From Phoronis australis (Eukaryota; Animalia; Phoronida), in contig NMRA01000583.1 of assembly GCA_002633005.1 (NCBI GenBank), positions 221,988 to 264,018 on the forward strand: DNA of 42,031 nt. Direction: 5' to 3'. Under the pieces are notes generated by a model. It made no database searches and was not told the origin of the DNA. It saw nothing but the letters and a program-made list of their open reading frames with translations. A program made the position numbers and the translations under genes. Below are positions 12,096 to 23,306 of the stretch, in pieces; positions within the stretch are counted from its first letter, which is position 1, and the number at the start of each line of letters is the position of its first letter.

Positions 12096-12637
12096 GTAAG
12101 TTCTTGTGCAATAAAACATTTAATCAAAGAGTATTTTGCACTTGATACGAATAGGAGCTATCCGTTGATCAATGCCAATTTGATGTTGAAACTGTTTTAG
12201 TTTATTGTTGATTAGTTATTGCGTTTAGAATAGTAATTTTTATTTACTCAAATAAAACTACCGGAATTATGATCAAAAGTCTCAACTGAGCAGGGATATT
12301 TGCCACGCCTCCTTCAATTGCACGTAGGCATTGGACACTAATTTGTGTCGGCAATAGCGGATCAGTCACTCTGCATTCACCAAAGCGTTGGTAAATTGGT
12401 GCATTTGCCTGCGCTCACGTGTTCTGTGTGTGCGCATAGGCTCGGAGTTGCGTAGTCTGTGAACCAAACTTGATTGAATCCAAACAGGTGGTAGTATATT
12501 GGCTGTGTACGGTTTAGTGTTACACAAATCAAACTCTCATTGAACCCCAAATATTGAGCTGCGCACGTCTGCATTACGATAGCAATTCAAACTGCCGTTT
12601 TCCATTCAGAAATAATGCGTATGGTTTTCATTTTCAG

Positions 12638-12667
12638 TGACACCCTCCCCACCGCGACCCAGTACAA
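12638..12667 (+). CDS. 30-nt (or 36-nt to 12673) micro-exon type A (x-TPSPPRPST[ST])
   Basis: ttttcattttcag|...AGTACAA|gtacat|gtaagt. Two donors 6 nt apart both preserve frame. Confidence 0.7.
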
Positions 12668-14206
12668 GTACATGTAAGTTCGTGCCCAAAAAACATTTTA
12701 ATAAAAGAATATTTTTGTACTTGATACGAATAGGAGCTATCCGTTTATCAATGCCGATTTGATGTTAAAATTATATTAGTTCATGGTTGATAAGTTATAG
12801 AGTTTAGAATCGTCAATTTAATTTACTCTAATATGATCAAAAATCTAATATGAGCGGGGATTTTTGCCATGCCTCCTCCAAGAACACGTAGGCATTGGAC
12901 ACTAATTTGTTTCGCCAACAGCGGATCAGTCATTCTGCATTCATCAATACTTTGGCAATTTGGTGCATTTGCCTGCGCTCACGTGTACTGTGTACGTGTA
13001 TATGCACCGACATGCGTAGTCTGTGAACCAAACTTGATTGAATCCAGAAAGGTGGTAGAATATTGGCAGTGTAGGGTTTACTGTTACACAAATAAAACTC
13101 TCATTGAACACCAAATATTGAGCTGCACACGTCTACATTACGATCGCAGAAAGAACTCCATCCGCAGAAATGAAAGGCGAATATAGCCTAAAAAATATTT
13201 AACCTTGTTTTGACGACATCGCACTGTCTATTCACCTTTTTGAACCTGGAAGTTCCCGAGTGTTGCTTCCTGAAGTTTAAGTTTCTTTTGTCACATAATG
13301 TTTTACTTCGCTTACATGTGTGTGACACACGGTCTGGTAGCATTGTTTGGAACTAACTTAGGTAAATAACACAACGTGTCACATTGACATAGGTAAAATA
13401 ACGTGAACGTGTTATAGATGTATACACAAAACGTACCGAGAGTGGCGTACATGTAGATGAACTAATATCCCACAAGACATCATTCCACGCATCGACCGAG
13501 ACCGAATCCCATATGCTTTGAATTCCTAATTAACTTTCCTTCAGTTTTTCGGCAGATTTTCTAAACACTTTCCTCAGACTGTTTACGTGGTGGATCGCTT
13601 CCTATATGTATGTACTTGCGGGTAAGGTTGGACGTTTTCTCTAGTAAAAGAAAAGATTTAACGATTTATTAATTAAAAAGAGATAACAAAGATTAAAAAA
13701 TGGTAACTTTACATTGAACTTGTAACATCTCCCGAAAAATTTAAATAACAACAGTGTTTGATATTGTATTTACCGAGGAATCTAGGAATGAGTTTCTGCC
13801 GATATAATATTAAGCAATTGAAAACTGAGACAAAACTGTTATACGGTCCTGTTCCAGATGATGCAATTGGGACCTGATTGCATGTCGATGTTAGTTATAC
13901 TGTTTCAACTGTATTACTTTAAACTATATTAGGAAAGTTTGATGATCGAACCGGCTAACGACGTCGAGTCGACATTGACCTCCTTTTTGAACTTACCATG
14001 TCAGAGGTCACTGTTGAACAAGTGCGGGAGGTGAATATAGAAAACAATAGTACATGGCCTTATTGCATTGACTGATTCAACGCGTATGGGGTAAATTTCG
14101 ATATCCACTGCGTAATTGTTTAAAACGAAATAATTTTCCGGAACACTATTCAATTTTATACTTCATTTTCACGATCATGTCAGTCACGCAGGAATTTCAT
14201 TTGCAG

Positions 14207-14236
14207 CTACACCCATTCTACAAAACTCAAGTACAA
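14207..14236 (+). CDS. 30-nt micro-exon type B (x-TPILQNSST)
   Basis: atttcatttgcag|CTACACCCATTCTACAAAACTCAAGTACAA|gtaaat. Confidence 0.7.
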
Positions 14237-14393
14237 GTAAATCGAAATGCTTCCAAAACATTTCTGACTCTCTGCTTAAAAGCTTCGTAGAAGTTTTTAA
14301 AACACCGCTGCATATTTGAAAGGTATGTGAGTGTTTCGCAAGTCAAACTGCCGTTTTCCATTTACAAATTGTGCGCATGGTTTTTATTTTCAG

Positions 14394-14423
14394 TGACACC
14401 CTCCCCACCGCGACCCAGGACAA
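14394..14423 (+). CDS. 30-nt micro-exon type A (x-TPSPPRPRT)
   Basis: Copy of 12066-12095 (+2328) with AG/GTAAGT intact. Confidence 0.72.
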
Positions 14424-14965
14424 GTAAGTTCTTGTGCAATAAAACATTTAATCAAAGAGTATTTTGCACTTGATACGAATAGGAGCTATCCGTTGATCAA
14501 TGCCAATTTGATGTTGAAACTGTTTTAGTTTATTGTTGATTAGTTATTGCGTTTAGAATAGTAATTTTTATTTACTCAAATAAAACTACCGGAATTATGA
14601 TCAAAAGTCTCAACTGAGCAGGGATATTTGCCACGCCTCCTTCAATTGCACGTAGGCATTGGACACTAATTTGTGTCGGCAATAGCGGATCAGTCACTCT
14701 GCATTCACCAAAGCGTTGGTAAATTGGTGCATTTGCCTGCGCTCACGTGTTCTGTGTGTGCGCATAGGCTCGGAGTTGCGTAGTCTGTGAACCAAACTTG
14801 ATTGAATCCAAACAGGTGGTAGTATATTGGCTGTGTACGGTTTAGTGTTACACAAATCAAACTCTCATTGAACCCCAAATATTGAGCTGCGCACGTCTGC
14901 ATTACGATAGCAATTCAAACTGCCGTTTTCCATTCAGAAATAATGCGTATGGTTTTCATTTTCAG

Positions 14966-14995
14966 TGACACCCTCCCCACCGCGACCCAGTACAA
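14966..14995 (+). CDS. 30/36-nt micro-exon type A (x-TPSPPRPST[ST])
   Basis: Copy of 12638-12667 (+2328). Confidence 0.68.
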
Positions 14996-16534
14996 GTACA
15001 TGTAAGTTCGTGCCCAAAAAACATTTTAATAAAAGAATATTTTTGTACTTGATACGAATAGGAGCTATCCGTTTATCAATGCCGATTTGATGTTAAAATT
15101 ATATTAGTTCATGGTTGATAAGTTATAGAGTTTAGAATCGTCAATTTAATTTACTCTAATATGATCAAAAATCTAATATGAGCGGGGATTTTTGCCATGC
15201 CTCCTCCAAGAACACGTAGGCATTGGACACTAATTTGTTTCGCCAACAGCGGATCAGTCATTCTGCATTCATCAATACTTTGGCAATTTGGTGCATTTGC
15301 CTGCGCTCACGTGTACTGTGTACGTGTATATGCACCGACATGCGTAGTCTGTGAACCAAACTTGATTGAATCCAGAAAGGTGGTAGAATATTGGCAGTGT
15401 AGGGTTTACTGTTACACAAATAAAACTCTCATTGAACACCAAATATTGAGCTGCACACGTCTACATTACGATCGCAGAAAGAACTCCATCCGCAGAAATG
15501 AAAGGCGAATATAGCCTAAAAAATATTTAACCTTGTTTTGACGACATCGCACTGTCTATTCACCTTTTTGAACCTGGAAGTTCCCGAGTGTTGCTTCCTG
15601 AAGTTTAAGTTTCTTTTGTCACATAATGTTTTACTTCGCTTACATGTGTGTGACACACGGTCTGGTAGCATTGTTTGGAACTAACTTAGGTAAATAACAC
15701 AACGTGTCACATTGACATAGGTAAAATAACGTGAACGTGTTATAGATGTATACACAAAACGTACCGAGAGTGGCGTACATGTAGATGAACTAATATCCCA
15801 CAAGACATCATTCCACGCATCGACCGAGACCGAATCCCATATGCTTTGAATTCCTAATTAACTTTCCTTCAGTTTTTCGGCAGATTTTCTAAACACTTTC
15901 CTCAGACTGTTTACGTGGTGGATCGCTTCCTATATGTATGTACTTGCGGGTAAGGTTGGACGTTTTCTCTAGTAAAAGAAAAGATTTAACGATTTATTAA
16001 TTAAAAAGAGATAACAAAGATTAAAAAATGGTAACTTTACATTGAACTTGTAACATCTCCCGAAAAATTTAAATAACAACAGTGTTTGATATTGTATTTA
16101 CCGAGGAATCTAGGAATGAGTTTCTGCCGATATAATATTAAGCAATTGAAAACTGAGACAAAACTGTTATACGGTCCTGTTCCAGATGATGCAATTGGGA
16201 CCTGATTGCATGTCGATGTTAGTTATACTGTTTCAACTGTATTACTTTAAACTATATTAGGAAAGTTTGATGATCGAACCGGCTAACGACGTCGAGTCGA
16301 CATTGACCTCCTTTTTGAACTTACCATGTCAGAGGTCACTGTTGAACAAGTGCGGGAGGTGAATATAGAAAACAATAGTACATGGCCTTATTGCATTGAC
16401 TGATTCAACGCGTATGGGGTAAATTTCGATATCCACTGCGTAATTGTTTAAAACGAAATAATTTTCCGGAACACTATTCAATTTTATACTTCATTTTCAC
16501 GTTCATGTCAGTCACGCAGGAATTTCATTTGCAG

Positions 16535-16564
16535 CTACACCCATTCTACAAAACTCAAGTACAA
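16535..16564 (+). CDS. 30-nt micro-exon type B (x-TPILQNSST)
   Basis: Copy of 14207-14236 (+2328). Confidence 0.68.
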
Positions 16565-16721
16565 GTAAATCGAAATGCTTCCAAAACATTTCTGACTCTC
16601 TGCTTAAAAGCTTCGTAGAAGTTTTTAAAACACCGCTGTATATTTGAAAGGTATGTTAGTGCTTCGCAATTCAAACTGCCGTTTTCCATTCAGAAATAAT
16701 GCGTATGGTTTTCATTTTCAG

Positions 16722-16751
16722 TGACACCCTCCCCACCGCGCCCCAGTACAA
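16722..16751 (+). CDS. 30-nt micro-exon type A (x-TPSPPRPST)
   Basis: ttttcag|...|gtaagt, with a synonymous CGA>CGC change. Confidence 0.75.
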
Positions 16752-18285
16752 GTAAGTTCGTGCCCAAAAACATTTTAATTAAAGAATATTTTTGTATTTG
16801 ATACGAATAGGAGCTATCCGTTTATCAATGCCAATTTGATGTTAAAAATATATTAGTTCATGGTTGATAAGTTATTGAGTTTAGAATCGTCATTTTTATT
16901 TACTCTATTATGATCAAAAGTCTAATATGAGCGGGGATATTTGCCCTGCCTCCTCCAATAACACGTAGGCATTGGACACTAATTTGTGTCGCCAACAGCG
17001 GATCAGTCATTCTGCATTCATCAATACTTTGGCAATTTGGTGCATTTGCCTGCGCTCACGTGTACTGTGTACGTGTATATGCACCGACATGCGTAGTCTG
17101 TGAACCAAACTTGATTGAATCCAGAAAGGTGGTAGAATATTGGCAGTGTAGGGTTTACTGTTACACAAATCAAACTCTCATTGAACACCAAATATTGAGC
17201 TGCACACGTCTACATTACGATCGCAGAAAGAACTCCATCCGCAGAAATGAAAGGCGACTATAGCGTAAAAAAATATTTAACCTTGTTTTGACGACATCGC
17301 ACTGTCTATTCACCTTTTTGAACCTGGAAGTTCCCGAGTGTTGCTTCCTGAAGTTTAAGTTTCTTTTGTCACATAATGTTTTACTTCGCTTACATTTGTG
17401 TGACACACTGTCTGGTAGCATTCTTTGGAACTAACTTAGGTAAATAACACAACGTGTCACATTGACATAGGTAAAATAACGTGAACGTTTTATAGATGTA
17501 TACACGAAACGTACCGAGAGTGGCGTACATGTAGATGAACTAATATCCCACAAGACATCAATCCACGCATCGACCGAGACCGAATCCCATATGCTTTGAA
17601 TTCCTAATTAACTTTCCTCCAGTTTTTCGGCAGATTTTCTAAACACTTCACTCAGACTGTTCCCGTGGTGGATCGCTTCCTATATGTATGTACTTGCGGG
17701 TAAGGTTGGAAGTTTTCTCTAGTAAAAGAAAAGATTTAACGATTTATTAATTAAAAAGAGATAACAAAGATTAAAAAACGGTAACTGTACATTGAACTTG
17801 TAACATCTCCCGAAAAATTTAAATAACAACAATGTTTGATATTGTATTTACCGAGGAATCTAGGAATGAGTTTCTGCCGATATAATATTAACCAATTGAA
17901 AACTGAGACAAAACTGTTATACGGTCCTGTTCCAGATGATGCAATTGGGACCTGATTGCATGTCGATGTTAGTTCTACTGTTTCAACTGTATTACTTTAA
18001 ACTATATTCGGAAAGTTTGATGATCGAACCGGCTAACGATGTCGAGTCGACATTGACCTCCTTTTTGAACTTTCCATGACAGATGTCACTGTTGAACAAG
18101 TGCGGGAGGTGAATATAGAAAACAATATTACATGGCCTTATTGCATTCGACTGATTCAACGCGTATGGGGTAAATTTCGATATCCAATCCGTAATTCTTT
18201 AAAATCAAATAATTGTCCGGAACACTATTTAATTTTGTACTTCATTTTCACGTTCTTGTCAGTCACGCAGGAATTTCATTTGCAG

Positions 18286-18315
18286 CTACACCCATTCTAC
18301 AAAACTCAAGTACAA
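18286..18315 (+). CDS. 30-nt micro-exon type B (x-TPILQNSST)
   Basis: tttgcag|...|gtaaat intact. Confidence 0.68.
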
Positions 18316-18473
18316 GTAAATTGAAATGCTTTCAAAGTACTTCTGACTCTCTGCTTGAAAGCTTCCGTAGAAGTTTTTAAAACACCGCTGTATATTTGAA
18401 AGGTATGTGAGTGCTTCGCAATTCAAACTGCAGTTTTCTATTCCGTAATAATGCGTATGGTTTTCATTTTCAG

Positions 18474-18503
18474 CTACACCCATCCCGCCGCGACCCAGTA
18501 CAA
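18474..18503 (+). CDS. 30-nt micro-exon type A/B intermediate (x-TPIPPRPST)
   Basis: ttttcag|CTACACCCATCCCGCCGCGACCCAGTACAA|gtaagt. The 5' third matches type B and the rest matches type A. Confidence 0.75.
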
Positions 18504-19310
18504 GTAAGTTCGTGCCCAAGTAAACATTTTAATTAAAGAATATTTTTGTACTTGATACGAATAAGAGCTATCCGTTTATCAATGCCGATTTGATGTTAAA
18601 TTCATATTAGTTCATGGTTGATAAATTATTGAGTTTAGAATCATCATTTTTATTCACTCTAATATGATCAAAAGTCTAATATGAGCGGGGATATTTGCCA
18701 TGCCTCCTCCAATTACACGTACATGTAGGCAGTGGACACTAATTTGTGTCGTCAACAGCGGATCAGTCATTCTGCATTCATCAATACTTTGGCAATTCGG
18801 TGCATTTGCCTGCGCTCACGTGTATTGTGTGCGTGTATATGAACCGACTTGCGTAGTCTGTGAACCAAACTTGATTGAATCCAGAAAGGTGGTAGAATAT
18901 TGGCAGTGTAGGGTTTACTGTTATACAAATCAAACTCTCATTGAACACCAAATATTGAGCTGCACACGTCTACATTACGATCGCAGAAAGAACTTCATCC
19001 GCAGAAATGAAAGGCGAATATAGCGTAAGAAATATTTAGCCTTGTTTTGACGATATCGCACTGTCTATTCACCTTTTTGAACCTCGAAGTTACCGAGTGT
19101 TGCTTCCTGAAGTTATACTTTCTTTTGTCGCATACTGTTTTACTTCGCTTACATCTGTGTGACACACTGTCTGGTAGCATTTTTTGGAACTAGCTCAGGT
19201 AAATAACACAACGTGTCACATTGACGTAGGTAAAATAGCGTGAACGTGTTATAGATGTATACACAAAACGTACCGAGAGTGGCGTAGATGAATTAATATC
19301 CCACGAAACA

Positions 19311-19865
19311 TTTTCAAGGAATTCTTTTCAATTTCAGCACACTGGTGTTATTCAAGATGCCAATTGAATACCCTACTTTACTTCGCAATAGGCCTAACCA
19401 ATCAGAAAAAATAGGTCAAAGGTCATTGAGTGCAAACTAAAATTTTGAGCTAGAGACTTCAAAATTACGTATCCGTTTACTAAGTGCGATTTAGTTAGAA
19501 TTCTAAATTTTCAGGTCATTTGGTGCACCCATGGGGTCATTAGGTGCATTTTTCTTCTGAAAATTTGACCACTTCATTCATCTTGTATTCTGAAGTACTT
19601 AAAGTAAAACATCTGTGATTATTAGCATTAACCACGCTTTTAATCGAGTTAACAATTACTCCCTCATCGGGGCTCATAATGCACCGGAAGAGGTCAATTA
19701 GTGGAAATTTCATCAAAAAATTTATATGTAATTTCTCCTACGATTTTAAAGAATTCCTTTTCATATTGGTAAGCGGGTTGTTGTCAGTAACTTCCCATAA
19801 TAATTCCAGTAATACGCACGCGCAGAGTCCTTTATTGTCACGCCGTGACAATAACCTTTCTAGTT
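19311..19865 (+). repeat. Copy of 4836-5370 replacing ~300 bp of one array monomer
   Basis: The monomer stops at aatatcccacgaaaca and resumes at gatattgtagttaccgagga. The intervening monomer sequence is absent. Confidence 0.88.
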
Positions 19866-20314
19866 GATATTGTAGTTACCGAGGATTCTACGCCTGAGTT
19901 GCTGACGATATAATATTAAGCAATTGAAAACTGGAGACAAAAGTGTTATACGGTCCCGTTCCAGATGATGCAATTGGGACCTGATTGCATGTCGATGTTA
20001 GTTACACTGTTTCAACTGTATTACTTTAAACTATAATCGGAAAGTTTGATGATCGAACCGGCTAACGACGTCGAGTCGACATTGACCTCCTTTTTGAACT
20101 TTCCATGTCAGAGGTCACTGTTGAACAAGTGCGGGAAGTGAATATAGAAACCAATATTACATGGCCGCATTGCATTCGACTGATTCAACGCGTACGGGGT
20201 AAATTTCGATATCCACTGCGTAATTGTTTAAAATCAAATAATTGTCTGGAACACTATTTAATTTTATACTTCATTTTAACGCTCATTTCAGTCCCGCAGG
20301 AATTTCATTTGCAG

Positions 20315-20344
20315 CTTCACCCATTCTACAAAACTCAAGTACAA
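20315..20344 (+). CDS. 30-nt micro-exon type B (x-SPILQNSST)
   Basis: tttgcag|CTTCACCCATT...ACAA|gtaaat. Confidence 0.68.
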
Positions 20345-20502
20345 GTAAATCGAAATGCTTCCAAAACATTTCTGACCCTCTGCTTGAAGGCTTCGGTAGA
20401 AGTTTTTAAAACACCGCTGTATATTTGAAAGGTATGTGAGTGCTTTGCAATTCAAACTGCCATCTATCATTTTGAAATAATGCCCATGGTTTTCATTTTC
20501 AG

Positions 20503-20532
20503 CTGTACCCATCCCGCCGCGACCCAGTACAA
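20503..20532 (+). CDS. 30-nt micro-exon type A (x-VPIPPRPST)
   Basis: ttttcag|CTGTACCCATCCCGCCGCGACCCAGTACAA|gtaagt. Confidence 0.73.
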
Positions 20533-20841
20533 GTAAGTTCATGTCCAAGTAAACATTTTAATCAAAGAATATTTTTGTACTTGATACGAATAGGAGCTAT
20601 CCGTTTATCAATGCCAATTTGATGTTAAGTTATTTGAGTTAGTGGTTGATAAGTTATTGGGTTTAGAATGGTCATTTTTATTTACTCTAATATGAACAAA
20701 GTCTAATATGAGCGGGAATATTTGCCACGCCTCCTCCAATTACACGTAGGCATTGGACACTAATTTGTGTTGCCAACAGCGGATCAGGCACCCTGCATTC
20801 ATCAATACTTGGTGCATTTGCCTGCGCTCACGTGTACTGTG

Positions 20842-21881
20842 CCCCTTCCATCCATTACACAGTCAAGTGAATACTGCACTTGACAGGTGTGTGAACCCCG
20901 TCCCTGCAACAGAAACTTATGGACTTCGTCCTAGACCTTTTCGCAATGCCTCCCACCAAAGACTTAGCAGGTGCTCGTGGACTGTCGCTGCTGTTAACGC
21001 AACCATGGGTCTCATCGGCGAGCACATGATCGCGCAAGATGCTGCTTGGCTGCCAGTACAAGAACTTGGTGAGGAACCGAATGTCATCATTGCTTTCAAC
21101 AGGGAAGCGCGGGAATGGCCTCCTGGAGTAGCCCAAGCATTGTGCCGTCAGCAATGGCGTGATCTTGGCGGTATTAATGCCATCATGGTAGCAACTGATG
21201 GATCTTTCGATGGTGAAACTAATCGTGCGGGATGGGGTTATCAAATACGCTGTGCTAACAACGTCATTGCGGAAGGTCGTGGCTGCCACCATGTATACAC
21301 AAGCAGTGCGCGGATGGAGTTTGAGGCTATACAACGTGCCCTAACCAAGCTGTCACTCCTAGACCTGGAGAATCACACCATTATCTTTGCCACCGATTCC
21401 ATGGCAGTGTTGATGAAAGTTCAATCTAGAAACCCCCCAGCCAACTGGGGTGTCTTCCGATCACGCCACCCTCATCATGTAGTGATCTGGTCTTTCGTAC
21501 CTGGCCACGCCGGTGTCTCGATAAATGAGCGTGCAGATTACAGTGTACCTCGCTGGCTCATGCACCACCAACCATCCCCTCTACTTATATTCGGCTGACG
21601 TTAAGCTGCTGGCCCGCAAACGCAACCTCGAGCAGACTGCATCCCACCTGGCTGAGTTCAATGATGGCAGCCGCCTGCTCGAAGCCGGTATTATTTATGG
21701 CCATACTGCGAAGAGTCACAAGAAGAGCCGTGCCCGAGTGCTGTCTAATCAAATGCTTACAGGCAACGTCAGCCCTGGATTTCTGCGCCTTCTGCTGTCA
21801 CGGGGAAGGTCTGGGGAGGGGATTAATGCACCAGCAAATCCCCAATGATCCTGTCCGTGACAGGTATTACAGGTATTACAG
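20842..21881 (+). mobile_element. 5'-truncated non-LTR retrotransposon 3' end carrying RNase H (I-group/Ingi-like)
   Basis: RNase HI motifs ATDGS..AGWG, SSARMEFEAI, ATDSM and FVPGHAGVSINERAD, with a frameshift near 21541. The 3' tail is (ACAGGTATT)x2.5. It is a clean insertion into the monomer sequence actgtg^tgcgtg with a possible GTG duplication. The clade is inferred. Confidence 0.85.
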
Positions 21882-23086
21882 GTGTGCGTGTATATGCACC
21901 GACTTTCGTAGTCTGTGAACCAAACTTGATTGAATCCAGAAAGGTGGTAGTATATTGGCAGTGTAGGGTTTAGCGTTACACAAATCAAACTCTCATTGAA
22001 CACCAAATATTGAGCTGCACACGTCTACATTACGATCGCCGAAACAAATTCATCTGCAGAAATGAAAGGCGAATATAACGTATTTTAAAAGAACACGAAA
22101 TCCTGTTTTGACGATTTCGCACTGTCTGTTCACCTTTTTCAAGCTGGAAGTTCCCGAGTATTACTTCCTGAGGTTTATCTTTCTTTTGTCACATACAGTA
22201 CTGTTTTACTTCGCCTACTTCTGTATGACACACTGTCTGATAGCATTCTCTAGAACTCGCTCTGGTAAATATCACTGCGTGTCATGTTGACGTAGGTAAA
22301 ATAACGTGAACGTGTTATAGATGTGAACACAACCGAGAGTGGCGTAGATGAAGTAATATCCCACTAAACATTATTCCGCGTATCGACCGTGGTCGAATCC
22401 CATACGCTTTGAATTCCTAAGCTTCTTTCATTTTTTCGGCAGATTTTTTAAATACTTCACTCAGACTGTTCACGTGGCGGATCACGTACTTTATGTATGT
22501 ACTTGCTTGTTAGGGTGGAAGTTTTAACTAGTAAAAGAAAAAAAGCTCGAAATGTAACTATTTATTACTTGAAAAGAGATACATGTATCAAAGATGAAAA
22601 CAACTGTAACTGTACTTTGAAGTTGTAACATCTGAGAATATTTCAATAACAACAATATTTGATACTCTAGTTACCGAGGAATCGCCGCCTAAGTTGCAGA
22701 CGCTATAATATTTAACAATTGAAAACTGAGACAGAACTGTCATATAATTAACAGTCCTGTTCCAGATGTTACGGTTTGGTACATGAATGCATGTTGAGTG
22801 TTATTTACACTGCTGCAATTGTATTACTTTAAACTATTTTCGGAAAGTTGATGATCTCACCGGCTAACGAAGTCGAGTCCACATTCATTTACCTTTCGTA
22901 CTTTCCATGCCAGAGGTCACTGTTGAAGTAGTGCGGGAGGTGAATACGGAAGACGTTATTACATTGACGTATTTCCTTCGTCAGGTTCAACGCTTTTGAT
23001 ATCCAATGTGTAATTGTTAAAAAATCAAATAATTGTTCGGAAACTACCTTATTTTCATGTCAGTCACGCAGGACTTTCTTTTTCAG

Positions 23087-23116
23087 CTACGCCTATTCTA
23101 CCAAGCTCAAGTAAAA
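23087..23116 (+). CDS. 30-nt micro-exon type B (x-TPILPSSSK)
   Basis: ctttctttttcag|CTACGCCTATTCTACCAAGCTCAAGTAAAA|gtaagt, with synonymous ACA>ACG and CCC>CCT changes in a diverged monomer. Confidence 0.72.
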
Positions 23117-23276
23117 GTAAGTTGAAATGCTTTCAAAACATTTCTGTCTCTCTGTTTGAAAGCTTCTGTAGTAGGTTTTCAAAACACCGCTGTATCTTTG
23201 CAAGGCGTGTGAGTGTTTTGCAATTCAAACTACCGTTTTCCCTTTCAAAAATCATGCCCATGGTTTTCATTTTCAG

Positions 23277-23306
23277 TTACACCCTCCCCGCCGCGGCCCA
23301 GTAAAA
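23277..23306 (+). CDS. Type A micro-exon with mutated donor (pseudo-exon, or 24-nt exon ending at 23300)
   Basis: The acceptor is intact but the donor is ttaagc. An in-frame cryptic gtaaaa lies at 23301. Confidence 0.45.

Noticed and set aside
12869-13186. Repeated 105-aa ORF (MPPPRTRRHW...) and other ORFs recurring in the array
   Set aside because: They recur only because the DNA is repeated. Starts and frames are lost in other monomers and no domain is recognisable.
13341-13361. 21-nt tag|CATTGTTTGGAACTAACTTAG|gtaaat as another array micro-exon
   Set aside because: The acceptor is poor, and the copy near 24746 is 20 nt, which breaks frame. Unresolved rather than excluded.
14291-14330. AG...AAG|gtatgt segment as an exon
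   Set aside because: Lengths of 29-32 nt vary between copies and the GT is lost at ~23206.
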